Origin: Epithemia pelagica
Taxonomy: Eukaryota > Protista > Bacillariophyta
Length of the DNA stretch: 64,000 nucleotides
Reading direction: 5' to 3'
Assembly (NCBI GenBank): GCA_946965045.2
Contig: OX337228.1
Coordinates: forward strand, 1,240,001-1,304,000
Of the stretch, positions 36,578 through 48,067 are shown piece by piece. Made by a program: the position numbers and the translations under genes. Positions within the stretch are counted from its first letter, which is position 1; every line of letters starts with the position of its first letter. The notes under the pieces are model-generated. The model saw only the letters and a program-made list of their open reading frames with translations. It was not told where the DNA came from and made no database searches.

Positions 36578-37891
36578 ATGACCCGAATCGAAACGCCGCA
36601 ACTGAATTTGTTGGACGCAAGCCCAATGGACAAGACGACACTGGAGTCCTCACACCACCACCAATGCAGCAGCACTCCACACAACCTCCCCCAAGAAGCA
36701 CCATTCTTTTCATTGACGACAGAGTCTGTGATTGAGTTGCCACCACCACAAGTGACGTTTTGGCAAGACTTTGTTGCTGGTGGCATTGCTGGCTCGGCAT
36801 CGGTTGTGGTAGGCCATCCCTTTGATACCATCAAGGTGCGTCTGCAAACGTTGACGAGAACGACAACTGCCGCTTCGACCATTCGTGACAACCGCCGGGA
36901 CGTTGCAAGCCTCTGGAATTGGCTCCTCCGCAACAATCACAACCCGACAGTATCGAAACAACAGCCATCACTGGCGGCATCCTCGTCTCGAGTGGTGACA
37001 GGAGGAGGTCCTAGCAGCTCAAGTCTTTCGTCACTGTTTCGGGGTCTAGGGACGCCCTTGGCATCGGCTGCTGCACTCAATGCGTTGGTCTTTTCCAGTT
37101 ATGGCGCTGCTTCCAAAGTCTACGACAGTCTCGTGTCTCGGTCCCTGTTTGGATCCCCGCCACAACCGGCAGCAGCAACACTAGAACAACCACAACTGTT
37201 GGTCGGTCGCGATTCCTGGTACAAGTCCATGACATGCGGTGCCTTTGCTGGTATGGTCCAATGCATTATTATTGTCCCCATGGAACATGTCAAGTGTCGG
37301 TTGCAAGCATCTTCGTATTATCGTGGACCCATGCATGCGATTCGTTCCATTGTACACAATCATGGCGGTGTCTGGCGCTTGTATCAAGGATGGGGGAGTT
37401 CCTTGTGGCGCGAAGTCCCAGCCTTTGCCGTGTACTTTAGTTCGTACGATTTTCTCAAGGAACAAGTCGTGGCCACATCCCTGGTTTCACCACCACGACA
37501 CACGGCACGGTCTTCTTCTACTTCTGCTTCTCCCTCATGGTTCGCGTCGGCCTTGGCGGGCGGCTTGGCCGGTGCCTTGACATGGGCCTTGGTGTATCCC
37601 GTCGATGTGATTAAAACGAGGATTCAAACCACGCCCTTGGACACGCCGCAACACACCTTGACCGTCTGGCGTGTGGGACGCCAACTGGTGCACCAACATG
37701 GATGGCGATTCCTGTTTCGAGGCTTTTCCATGGCCTTGCTGCGAGCCGTTCCGGTCAATGCCACACTCTTTCCCATTTACGAATCGACACTCCAACTCTT
37801 GCAACAGCAAGAACAAGAAGGACAATATCCCGTGCACTATTCTCCTTTGACGCAACCACAGAATCATGCGCATCATCATCATTGCACCTAG
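36578..37891 (+). CDS. Mitochondrial carrier family protein (carnitine/ornithine-carrier-like)
   Basis: Three Px[DE]xxK signatures: HPFDTIKVRLQ, VPMEHVKCRLQ, YPVDVIKTRIQ. Confidence 0.9.
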   Translation: MTRIETPQLNLLDASPMDKTTLESSHHHQCSSTPHNLPQEAPFFSLTTESVIELPPPQVTFWQDFVAGGIAGSASVVVGHPFDTIKVRLQTLTRTTTAASTIRDNRRDVASLWNWLLRNNHNPTVSKQQPSLAASSSRVVTGGGPSSSSLSSLFRGLGTPLASAAALNALVFSSYGAASKVYDSLVSRSLFGSPPQPAAATLEQPQLLVGRDSWYKSMTCGAFAGMVQCIIIVPMEHVKCRLQASSYYRGPMHAIRSIVHNHGGVWRLYQGWGSSLWREVPAFAVYFSSYDFLKEQVVATSLVSPPRHTARSSSTSASPSWFASALAGGLAGALTWALVYPVDVIKTRIQTTPLDTPQHTLTVWRVGRQLVHQHGWRFLFRGFSMALLRAVPVNATLFPIYESTLQLLQQQEQEGQYPVHYSPLTQPQNHAHHHHCT

Positions 37892-38581
37892 CTAGCTAGC
37901 TACCTTGTGAGAGAGAATGGCTGCCCCTCCGGAACAAAGGACGACGATGACAACCGCAGCGACGACAACCGGCAGTTGGGGAGCAGACATGTTTTACGGC
38001 AAGCTATACCCGCACCTATAGAGACAGCAATGGCTGCCACTACATACTACAACCTCTAGAAGATACCGATAATAAGTAGTATGGTAATAGCACGAGCGAG
38101 ACCCATGTAGAAAATTTACGTGTCAATACCATAGAAAGCGCGAACGAAACACTGGAACAAGCATGGACGGCTTGGACTTTTCTCTCGTCTTGACTTGCAA
38201 GGCGCAGTCGGCAATGGCGCTGATTTTGGTTCTTTTTTTTTCGGTTGACTGGATGCGCGCAAGGCTGTTCCACCGCTTTGGTCTTGTCGTCGTCATTGGA
38301 TTCTTGTGTACTGGAAAAGAGGCACGCTGTCGAGATGGCACGAATCCCAAGCCAACAGCTGGCACGACGACCAAGCCCCGAGTCCATACTGTCTCCCGGG
38401 CGACCGAAACAACGGCGCAGCCTTTGTGCGCCTACACCACAAATGGGAACGATTCCAGGTTCCATGGCCTGGCACGGCCCTCGAAGAAGGCAAACGCGTG
38501 TCATCCAATGCTGTTCAAAGAAAGAAACGAGTACACTGTAATTCTTTTTGTTGTTCTTCACATGATTGGCAAGCCAAGCTG

Positions 38582-38662
38582 GTTTCGTTTTGCTGGAGAA
38601 CCCCATCCGAAACATGCAGCTTTCCTTGCAGTTTCGGATGCGGTTCTCCAGCAAAATGAAAC
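38582..38662. repeat. Long near-perfect inverted repeat (36-bp stem, 6-nt loop)
   Basis: 34 Watson-Crick pairs, 2 G-U pairs, one C-C mismatch and one bulged A. Confidence 0.9.
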
Positions 38663-39303
38663 TCGGTTGTTGCCAAACCGTTCCGCAACTGTCTTGTCCG
38701 TTTCACGAGTTTCCTCCAAGTGGCAGCAGCAGCAGCAACAACAACAACAACAACGCGTCAAAGTGACCAACTGCGGGAATGTTTCTATTGGGGGACACGA
38801 ATCCGAGTTTCTTTGGCATACCAAATCAACAGCAAGAAGAAAGGAACAGTTGGTATCCACTGCCAGAACTCGAAACCCATGGATCCATCCTGCCATGAAT
38901 CGAGCGAACTAGTGTCCGTCCACAAACAAGACTTGCGCTCCCAAAAGCGCGCCTCTAGAGGGAGAAAGTCCTCGACCAGTGCGCGCCGCAAACTGCAGTA
39001 ACTGACGAGAAGGATGGTTAGTTGGCACAATGGATTCATCATCGTTCCTTTCGTCCTTGTCTCGAAACAGACTGTCTACTCTGGACTAGCATGTGCCGTA
39101 CGTACCTCTTGGAGACACTGTCTTGGAAAGAGGAAGTTTGTCCATCAGACCAGTCCTGTCGTGGGGATCATGGATCCTTCCTGGGGACGGCGTGGATGGG
39201 AACGCGAGACGGGATCCGAATGACGACGCTTCGTAAGACCAACCCTACTCACTCAACGTGGTATGGTTCGAGTCCGTCCAAAAATCCGTCTCAGCATGGG
39301 TCG

Positions 39304-39747
39304 GTTCCAGAAACGGCTCATACGCGACTTTGGAGAACCGAAAGGGATTTCATACGCGACTTTGGAGAACCAAAAGGGATTTTCTATTTCAGCTGTCGCA
39401 GCAGACCGCAAGGCCATGCCCTGGCGCCATTTCGACGAGGGGGAGGGCTTCTCGAAAAGGAGAATCAAGCGCTGATTACAACACTCTGTCTCTAATGACT
39501 TTTTCTGATGCAAACCGATGACAATCGAACAGGTATGAGGCAGCAAATCTGTTCCAGAGACGGCTCATGCGCGACTTTGGAGAACGACAGAAGACCGCAA
39601 GGCCATGCTCTAGCGCCATTTCGACGAGGGGGAGGGCTTCTCGAAAAGGAGAATCAAGCGGCGCTGATCACAACACTCTGTCTCGAATGACTTTTTCTGA
39701 TGCAAACCGATGACAATCGAACAAGTATGAGGCAGCAAATCTGTTCC
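39304..39747. repeat. Diverged tandem duplication upstream of SCOT, with an internal 32-bp repeat
   Basis: Units 39304-39550 and 39551-39747 share about 150 bp of near-identical sequence. CATACGCGACTTTGGAGAACC.AAAGGGATTT occurs twice in the first unit. Confidence 0.85.
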
Positions 39748-40069
39748 CGTGGTCTTCCAATTGTGTGACAATCTTGCTTGACCCAATGTTTTTTTCTTCC
39801 CCAGAATTGCGTGACAGTGTGACGGTGACAATGGAGCTTTGTTCAATCCTTTTGAGTCACAGTTCGTCACAGATCTTCATTTCAAAATTCAAAATGAGTC
39901 GCTTTTCGGTCGATGAAATGTCCGCCCGGAAGCAGATGGGTTCGCATCGCATGTTCGACAAGAAGTGAATGAGGTGTCTCTATTCTCTATGCTCATCAGC
40001 ATCGCGATAATATATAAGCAAAGACAAGAAAGCAAAGACAAATCAAGGCAAGACAGGGACAGCACTACA

Positions 40070-41930
40070 ATGGCTTCATCCCTGCTATGTTCCATATGGG
40101 CTTCAAGATCACCTTTGGCTCGGTCACTGGCGCATCATTGCGTAAACGAAAGAGCAACAAATGAGCTTTTTGTAAGATGCGGCCGACGTGGTTTGTCTCA
40201 AGTCTCGCACTCCAAGGTCGTTGGATCGGCGCAAGAGGCTTTGGAGGGGATGGATCTGGCCAATGCAACGGTGGCAGTGGGTGGTTTTGGTTTGGGTGGC
40301 ATTCCAGAAACCTTGATTACGGCCCTCAGTCAACACGAGAGTGCCCATCATTTGACCTTGATTTCCTTGACGGCTGGCACGGATACCCAAGGCGCCGGCA
40401 AACTCTTGGCGGTTACCGGCAAGGTCCACAAATTGATTGCCGCCTACGTGGGAGAAAATAAGGTCCTGGAACAAGCCTACTTTGGCGGATCCCTTCAAGT
40501 CGAATTGACGCCCATGGGAACCATTGCCGAACGACTACGAGCGGGTGGAGCGGGTACGTGCCAAGCAAACCATGTGTTCTTGTATCATGTTTGTGCTTCA
40601 TGTAATTGTGGTCGTTCAGCTATGCTTCTGTCGTTGTATTGTGCCCCTGTGTTTTTGTGTTCCTCTTCTTCTCATGTCTGCTGTTTCTTCGGTGGTGTGT
40701 TGGTTTGGGATCTTGCATTCACGACTTTGATGGTCTGTCTTGTCGCGTTCTCTCTTTCTCTTTATTTACCTATATACACTCCTTCTCTCTCAATGAGACA
40801 ATACTACAGGCATACCAGCCTTTTTTACTCCAACCGGTGTGGGGACAATTTATGCCAGCGGTGGTATTCCTCTCCAATACAAGGCGGATGGCAGTCACGA
40901 CGTGCACTTGTTTTGTGCAGAAAAACAAAGTCGTGTCTTTGACAATGGCGTGGAATACTTGTTGGAGTATTCGCATCCCCGACCACACATTAGTTTGGTC
41001 AAGGCGGCCGTGGCCGATACACTGGGCAATTTGGTGTTTGAAGGTACAGCCCAAAATTGCAATCCAGATTGCGCCATGGCCGGACTTGTCACGATTGTTG
41101 AAGCAGAAGAAATTGTCCAAGCCGGGGACTTGAATCCCAATGAAATACACTTACCGGGTATCTTTGTGCACAAGGTAATTCAGGCGACCGAAAATACCAA
41201 ACCGATTGAACGACTCAAGTTGCTCAACACCGACGATAAAGGTCTTTCTGGACCCCGGTCCATTATTGCCAAACGAGCGGCCAAGGAATTTCAAGACGGC
41301 ATGTATGTCAATCTCGGTATTGGATTACCCACCTTGGCTTCGAATTTTGTACCACCCAACATTCATATCAATTTGCATGCGGAAAATGGCCTTGTCGGTG
41401 TGGGCCCTTACCCCGCCACACAAGAAGATGCCTCACCAGATTATATCAATGCCGGCAAAGAAACCATTACCTATTCACCAGGCGCTGCCGCCTTTGGATC
41501 GTCCTCTTCCTTTAGCATGATTCGGGGCTGTCACATGGATTTGACCGTGCTAGGTGCACTCCAATGCAGTGCCACGGGTGATTTGGCCAGTTGGATTGTT
41601 CCAGGTCAAAAAATCAAGGGAATGGGTGGTGCCATGGATTTGGTCGGGGCACCCGGCGCACGTGTCGTGGTGACCATGGATCATTGTAGTAGCCACAACA
41701 ACAACCAGAGTCCCAAAATTTTGTCCGAATGTACCTTCCCCGTCACGGGAAGCAATGTCGTCGATCGGATCATTACCGAACGAGCCGTCTTTGATGTCTG
41801 TCCCAACCAAACAGGATTGACCTTGATGGAAGTGGCACCGGGGTGGACTGTGGAACAAATTCAAGCATCGACCGGATGTAACTTTCGTGTCGCCGACACT
41901 TTGGAGGTCATGGAAGGAGCCAATGAATGA
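40070..41930 (+). CDS. SCOT: Succinyl-CoA:3-oxoacid CoA transferase, fused A+B form (2 exons)
   Basis: Exons 40070-40553 and 40810-41930. Motifs VGGFGLGGIPETLI, TIAERLRAGGAGIPAF, YVNLGIGLPT, LHAENG, GMGGAMDLV. Confidence 0.93.
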
Positions 41931-42121
41931 CGACGACGACGACATGGTACTACTCTAGAAAGGAGCCACCCGGCGTATGGATGATGATTATTGGTCGTCT
42001 CTTGTTGGATATAGCAAAAAAGTGCTCCATATAGACACCCCAACAACCGGGAAAGAGAGTCCAGTAGCGTTGCCTAAAGCTTTAGAGGATGCTGAGATGG
42101 GCACCTAGAATATCCGTACTC

Positions 42122-42590
42122 CTAACTCCTAACACCAATGTATGCTGAGGTACAATAGCGAAACCCGTCGGCAATGAGCAAATGTTCGGGTGAGGTGGGA
42201 TCGAGTGTACCCGTGTAACCAGGAATGCTGTCAAAATAATTGTCAATCGAGGGATCGGTTCCACCGTTGTTGTTGTGTGAATGACATTGGACCAAGACTG
42301 TGGGCAGTCGCTGCAATTCTTCCAGTGTTCATTTGACCGACGAATGCGAATAGGCTTTTCCCGTGGCTTCTCTCCAGGCCTTGTTCAAGGGAGCGGCCGA
42401 TTGACTCCAATACGTGTCGGTCGTCCCCGAGTCGACAATGACACCCTTGCCACTATTGACTGTGCAAGGATGGATGCCAACTCGAATTACTTTTGTGTGG
42501 TGGTTGTTGCGCGATGATGACGTTGTGGAATCTTGAGCTGCCGACTGACCGCCACCGACACATCTTGAGCCACATCTATGGTTCGTTTTT
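42122..42590 (-). pseudogene. Decayed fragment of a pepsin-like (A1) aspartic protease, C-terminal lobe
   Basis: My translation: GGGQSA...KVIRV...VNSGKGVIVDSGTTDTYW...AWREATGKAYSHSSVK*TLEELQRLPTVLVQC. In-frame TGA at 42331-42329; no N-terminal lobe seen. Confidence 0.7.
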
Positions 42591-42772
42591 CGAAATGCCG
42601 TCCAGGCATGATTGGAGGAACGTAAACTTCTAGCGATTGAAGCAATGACTTACATCATAGACGAACTAAAAGAAAGAAACCAGTTTTGAACCTCCCACTT
42701 CGTCTTGACTTTGGTTTCGGTCGAACTGCAAGTGTTGATGCCCTGGACTGTTGAGATACAAGGTGGGACAAA

Positions 42773-44467
42773 TCAAAGGTTCTCGACGCCCAAAACACTC
42801 TGGATCGCCGTATGCCAGTCGTCATTCTTGGCAGAGGCAATCAAGATTCGTGTGTTCTCCCACATTGTGGCAACATTCGCGGCCGGCATTCGGACATTGT
42901 TCTTGCTGTCCACAATCGGACTGCTCGTGTCTTCGCCCTTTGCCAGATACTTGTCGCGGTGACGGCGTTCGTACGTGCTTTTGCACGCAGGATTCACATA
43001 CAGAATATTGAGTGTTGCTTCCAGCGGCAGTTTTAGTAATTCCCGAAAGGATTGCAAAGTCCGGAGCTTGAAGGCCTGAGAGTGCTGCCATGTGGTCTGA
43101 ACGGCCCAGCATTCCTCGTTAATCACCAACACACAGTCGGCAAGAGGAAAGCTCATATTGCTGGGATAGTTGACCATTTTGTCATGGAAATTGTCTCGAT
43201 TGATCTCTCGCTTGCTATGTCCTAGGAACTTTATTTCCCTATCGGGTTCGCCATCAACACCTTGATACTGCCACATGACCTTCCCTGGCCCAGCCGCCAA
43301 CATTTGAACAACAGATTCTGCGAGGTCCTTACCAGTAGGATTTGTTGCCTCCCTCTTGAGGACCTTTGCCAGCATCTTGAGATGTTCTTTACAGGAAGCA
43401 AAGCTCATCACGTCCATGAGTCTCTGCCGCACGTAGCGGCTCGTGAGGGCAAGGCCAGGCGACCGGAAAGCCCCATCACCTTCCCACGAAATGTTACAAT
43501 AGGACAAGACGAATCCACTCATGTTTCCCTCCCAATTGCAAGTCGCATCATCGTCAATATCCACCGTCATTGAACGTAACATATCCGCAGAAACAGCATT
43601 GCATCGTAGATCCATTGTTTTCCGATATTTGTCCCGAGCTTCCTCTGTAGGAACCAAAGCGTGTGGGAAAATCCCGCCAAACATGTCAAAATTCTTTTCC
43701 AAAAAGTCCAAGTCCATCTTCTCTGCCTCGGCAATACACTCTAGTTCAATGTATTCGGCGACAGGAGCATACAAGAAATGTAGTTCTTGCTTGCTGTATT
43801 CCTTGATCCGTTTCTTGCGCGGTGAAAGCGAGGCCAAACTGGGGGCTTGTGACACCATGGGGGGTTGCTCGGTGAGCTCCGCAGGGTCATAGAGGTACAG
43901 AATGCTACCATGATCACCCAGGAGAGTCTTAATCTCTCTGTGTGGACCCGTCAAAATGTATCCAGTCGCAGCGTCCAGGTCCATGAGATAGAAATCTCCG
44001 CCCACGTGACGGACCACAAACTGGTAAGGGCGATTCCTTGGCGATTCCAGCATGAGGCGACGCAGAACAAAGACCTGAAACCAAGATGTTCCAACCCCAG
44101 CATTACCGGTTAAAACAACCTTCTTTGAATGATGGTCGTCTTTCCATATCTTCACCAAAACACTGTACAAATAGGCGAAACACTCTCGCTCAAAGTAAAG
44201 CTTCGAATCTCTCGTCCGGAGATTGAGCACCTCTGCACATGGGTAGTTCTCCAGCGAAAAGAGCGTGAGGCCACAGGCCCTCGCCTTGGAGGGCTGTGGA
44301 ATCCGGGGCTCCAATTCCTTGAGGAACCGCAATTCACGCGACAGCTTCCAAGAACGCTCCAACTGGAGACGACCCAACGCTTCTTTTACGTTTACCGGGA
44401 AGAGGCATGTCTCTGGGGAAATCAACACCGAGCGCAATTGTGCACAACCATCGACATTGACATCCAT
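42773..44467 (-). CDS. Crinkler/RHS-like P-loop NTPase plus restriction-endonuclease-fold protein, 564 aa, intronless
   Basis: VVLTGNAGVGTSW (Walker A-like), LYLYDP (Walker B-like), SLSPRKKRIKEY, FGGIFPHAL, and C-terminal NMSFPLADCV...WAVQTT (PD-(D/E)xK-like). Confidence 0.72.
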   Translation of the reverse strand: MDVNVDGCAQLRSVLISPETCLFPVNVKEALGRLQLERSWKLSRELRFLKELEPRIPQPSKARACGLTLFSLENYPCAEVLNLRTRDSKLYFERECFAYLYSVLVKIWKDDHHSKKVVLTGNAGVGTSWFQVFVLRRLMLESPRNRPYQFVVRHVGGDFYLMDLDAATGYILTGPHREIKTLLGDHGSILYLYDPAELTEQPPMVSQAPSLASLSPRKKRIKEYSKQELHFLYAPVAEYIELECIAEAEKMDLDFLEKNFDMFGGIFPHALVPTEEARDKYRKTMDLRCNAVSADMLRSMTVDIDDDATCNWEGNMSGFVLSYCNISWEGDGAFRSPGLALTSRYVRQRLMDVMSFASCKEHLKMLAKVLKREATNPTGKDLAESVVQMLAAGPGKVMWQYQGVDGEPDREIKFLGHSKREINRDNFHDKMVNYPSNMSFPLADCVLVINEECWAVQTTWQHSQAFKLRTLQSFRELLKLPLEATLNILYVNPACKSTYERRHRDKYLAKGEDTSSPIVDSKNNVRMPAANVATMWENTRILIASAKNDDWHTAIQSVLGVENL

Positions 44468-45049
44468 GGCAGCAAGTTATTACGACGAAGAGAGAAAGAA
44501 AAAGGGTCGATTTCCCATCCCAAAGCTTTTTTACAATAGACAAGCAGTCAGAGGCGCGTTTTCGAGTGAACTACAGTAAGAGGACAAACGACGATGGTAC
44601 TTACGAGCGCGGCAACGCTCCTTTGCATCGCCGGATTGATGCCCTTTGGCAAACGAAAGAGCTTATAGCAAATTCAGACAACATGGTCACGGAAGTCATC
44701 TCTCCTGTTGCGTTTCTGCTTCTTCTCAACGGGGAGAACTGCTTCTTACACTCTCACAGTTTTGACACACAAGGAGGAAGTTAAAAGTCAATAAGCAATG
44801 GCTACTTCTCCAATTACCCCCAAGCCGCGGCGAGTTTTCGGTCGCGCGTAATTTCATGTTCCCAAACTCAAAATGAAATTACGGCATTCACGAGAACACA
44901 AGATTCATCCTTCCGCTAGGGCGTACTAATCCATTACATTTAGAGTTAGGCTATGGTGAGTCGACCGAAAGGACGTTGGTCGCTACTAAGTCGCATCATT
45001 GTAACGAGGGTGAGCATGATACAGAAAATGGTAGATCGAAAGTTCTTTC

Positions 45050-47239
45050 ATGGTGGACCGGCAACCAAAAGCAACAACAGGAACAACATTATTATCTCTT
45101 TTCCTCCTCGCGTTCGTGGTGTTTCCATGGGGAGAGGCGGCTTTTCAATTGCCACCAAGAAGAAGAAGAAGACTGAGAAGACTAAGTGACCAAACGAACG
45201 GCCCACCAGCCGATTCAAGTCGATCGACATTCTTGACGATTCATGCCAACCATGGAAGCAACCACCATCATCATTCTAAGTCTGGGGCATCTGGCTTTGA
45301 ACAGACCACTCGTCGTCCGATTCCCGTGATGCCCTCTCGTGTCTTTCAAGAATTGGCCCAATCGCAGTTGGAGCTCTTGGCCAATTCCCTGCTTTCCTCT
45401 CGAGGCGGCAGTAAGGTGAAAACAACCGCCTTGTATTTGCCGCAAGAGAATGCCGTCACCGGACAATTAGAGTTCACGCCAGCCATTTTGTATCCGCTTC
45501 GTGATCGAGTATTTATTGCCTCGGATGCCGATTCTGGTGTTGCTCCCACCCTCCCACCCAGTTTGACCAAACTACCTGGCTTTTCTCATGCCAAAGCGCT
45601 CATGCCAGGATATCCCATGGTATCATCCGACAGCAGTACTAACGACAGTGACAACAACGTCAACAGAGGAGGTGGAAGTGTCGGTATTGTCGAGGAAGTC
45701 TTGTGCGATGTCCAACGCGTGGGGTCCTGTGCCTTGTCGGTACCCTTGTTTTCCGGTCTGGAAACAGTCGGTGTATTACTAGTGTCGCCCGCCGATGTAG
45801 AAGTCGCGCACTATCAAGAGCAACAGCAACAAAAGAATAGAGATGGATCCACTTTGACTTCATCGTTGTGGACGGAACACGACAAGCAGCAAGTTTCTCG
45901 TGCAGCCAAAAGTTTGGCTCTGGCCTTATCCATGGACCACGAAAACAAGGCCATGGTGGATCAGAATCAACAAATTGCTAAATCTTTGTCCGACAGCATG
46001 CATCAATTGAAGAATCCGCTCCAAGCCTTGCGAACCTACAGCAAATTGTTGCAACGACAAATTGCCAATGATGAGAATGGCACTACAGCATCCATTCCTA
46101 ACAACAACAACAGCAATGGATCCTCGCAACGTCGACTCTTACAATTGGCCGATCATTTGATGGTGCAAAGCGATCGGATTGTTCAACGTCTCTCACCTGT
46201 TGATACCATGGTCGAAAAACTCGCCTCGGCAGTCTCCGTCCATGACGACGACGAACCACAACATTTATTTTTGCTTCCAGCTCAAACAACACAATCATCG
46301 TCGACACCATCTTCCTCATTGCTGGCCTTGTCGTCATCAGTCTCGGCGTCTACCAATTCCAAGTGGACAACGCCCCTCGCACCTATTCAACAACAACAGA
46401 AGAAATACCGTACCAAACGTGTTTCGGATCCATCGCAGGACCCCAGCAGGATGCGTTCCAGGATGGTTTCCTCATCATCATCACTCTCCAACGCGGTGTC
46501 GTCTCGGAATACGAATAGAATGAGTCCCAAATATCGTTCCTCCTCTCCCATTACGACTGCCGCACGAACCATTGATTCCACCATCACACTGCAGATGACC
46601 CGGCAACCACCACCACCACCACAAAAAGACGAGACCAAAACCACGGGGAATCGTCGTTTGCTGCCCTTGGAAATGGCCTTTGTCCCTGACGTTTTGGAAC
46701 CTGTCCTGGAGACCTTTTCGGTCTTGGCCGAAGAACAAGGCATTGACTTTCAAGTCGAAAATGACAATGACGAACTTCCCGGTGTGCACATGCACGTGGC
46801 AAGTTTTCAAGAAGTCATGACCAATCTCCTCGACAATGCATTCAAATATTCCGTCTTGGGGCAAAATAAGGAACCACCCACGGTCAAGCTTGTGTTGCGT
46901 TCCAATCACCCGCTAGACGACGACGACAGGGCGTCAGCAGGTGTCACTCTCTATGTCACGGACAATGGACCAGGCATTCCCCAAACAGATGATGATAACG
47001 AGAACGAAGCAATGCGTGTCTTTCAACGAGGATATCGCTGTCCTTCCACCCAACACCAAACATCCGGACAAGGGTTAGGTTTGGCCATTGCCCAAGAACT
47101 CGTCCAAGCCATGGAAGGCAATTTGCGAGTCGTTTGGCCCAAGGACAAGAAAGACGATGATTATCACCCCGATAACTTGCTAGACGGTGCAACCTTTGAA
47201 CTCAAACTGTGGAGAAAACGTGTACTGCCGAAATTGTGA
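45050..47239 (+). CDS. CSK: Plastid-targeted sensor histidine kinase, probable Chloroplast Sensor Kinase (Hik2 homologue)
   Basis: Signal peptide ending EAA-F. N-terminal FQELAQSQLELL; H-box SMHQLKNPLQALRTYSKLL; N-box TNLLDNAFKY; G boxes DNGPGIP and GQGLGLAI. Confidence 0.8.
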   Translation: MVDRQPKATTGTTLLSLFLLAFVVFPWGEAAFQLPPRRRRRLRRLSDQTNGPPADSSRSTFLTIHANHGSNHHHHSKSGASGFEQTTRRPIPVMPSRVFQELAQSQLELLANSLLSSRGGSKVKTTALYLPQENAVTGQLEFTPAILYPLRDRVFIASDADSGVAPTLPPSLTKLPGFSHAKALMPGYPMVSSDSSTNDSDNNVNRGGGSVGIVEEVLCDVQRVGSCALSVPLFSGLETVGVLLVSPADVEVAHYQEQQQQKNRDGSTLTSSLWTEHDKQQVSRAAKSLALALSMDHENKAMVDQNQQIAKSLSDSMHQLKNPLQALRTYSKLLQRQIANDENGTTASIPNNNNSNGSSQRRLLQLADHLMVQSDRIVQRLSPVDTMVEKLASAVSVHDDDEPQHLFLLPAQTTQSSSTPSSSLLALSSSVSASTNSKWTTPLAPIQQQQKKYRTKRVSDPSQDPSRMRSRMVSSSSSLSNAVSSRNTNRMSPKYRSSSPITTAARTIDSTITLQMTRQPPPPPQKDETKTTGNRRLLPLEMAFVPDVLEPVLETFSVLAEEQGIDFQVENDNDELPGVHMHVASFQEVMTNLLDNAFKYSVLGQNKEPPTVKLVLRSNHPLDDDDRASAGVTLYVTDNGPGIPQTDDDNENEAMRVFQRGYRCPSTQHQTSGQGLGLAIAQELVQAMEGNLRVVWPKDKKDDDYHPDNLLDGATFELKLWRKRVLPKL

Positions 47240-48067
47240 TGCTGCTACTACGCCTACAAAGTACTATCCCCATTGCAGCGGTATGAATGCATCAACATGA
47301 AAGGTTGGCCTCATGTGCTCGACTTTCGAGAAAACTGCATGACTGACAGAGAAATGGCGTGCCTTATGTCTTGATATCCGGGACAAATATTTTAGAGTGC
47401 AAGCAGCTGTGGGAATTCGGATGGGATTTTTGCGATTGTGATGGTTACATTGGGTAAGATTCGAATGAAACGCAGCCACTTGTGGTCCTACCGTCCGTCA
47501 GTATGCAGCCAACGCCCCGCGTACCCGTTCAGAAAGCAACAACAACAAAAGCAACGCGGTACCAAGCGCGTTTTTGACGCATGACAAGACACCAGAATGT
47601 GTTCCAGGCGGTCCAACGTTTTGTCATCTCTGGATACGAATGGTCCAAAGTACACGGATCGAACAACCAAGAATGTAATAAAACGAGGAGGCCAGAACCA
47701 CAAGGAATTGTCGTTTGTTTGAGACACCGTGTTCTACCCATAATCTCATTCTACTAGTAGTTACAGTGGTACGGGCCTTTTATGTAGCCTGGTCTCCCTG
47801 TCGTTACCCACGACAAAAGAGAATGTGTGTGGTGTGTGTGTGGTGTGTGTTTGTCCATTTTGATTGTGTGTGTGGAGCGGCGCGGATTGGAAATGGAATG
47901 GAGGTGGCCCCATGGTCGTGGATGATGCCCCAAGTGGACCCAATAGATCTCTGAGAAAGGAAACGCACGGATCCATACACCGCAACAAACACACACAATA
48001 AACCAAACATCGCTTTTCTGCCACGAATTCAGGTTGGTCCCCCTGCACCACCACTCTATATGCAACG

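Noticed and set aside
38163-38912. 249-aa ORF with poly-Q spanning the hairpin
   Set aside because: No domain, and similar-length ORFs occur on both strands; it cannot be supported as coding without expression data.
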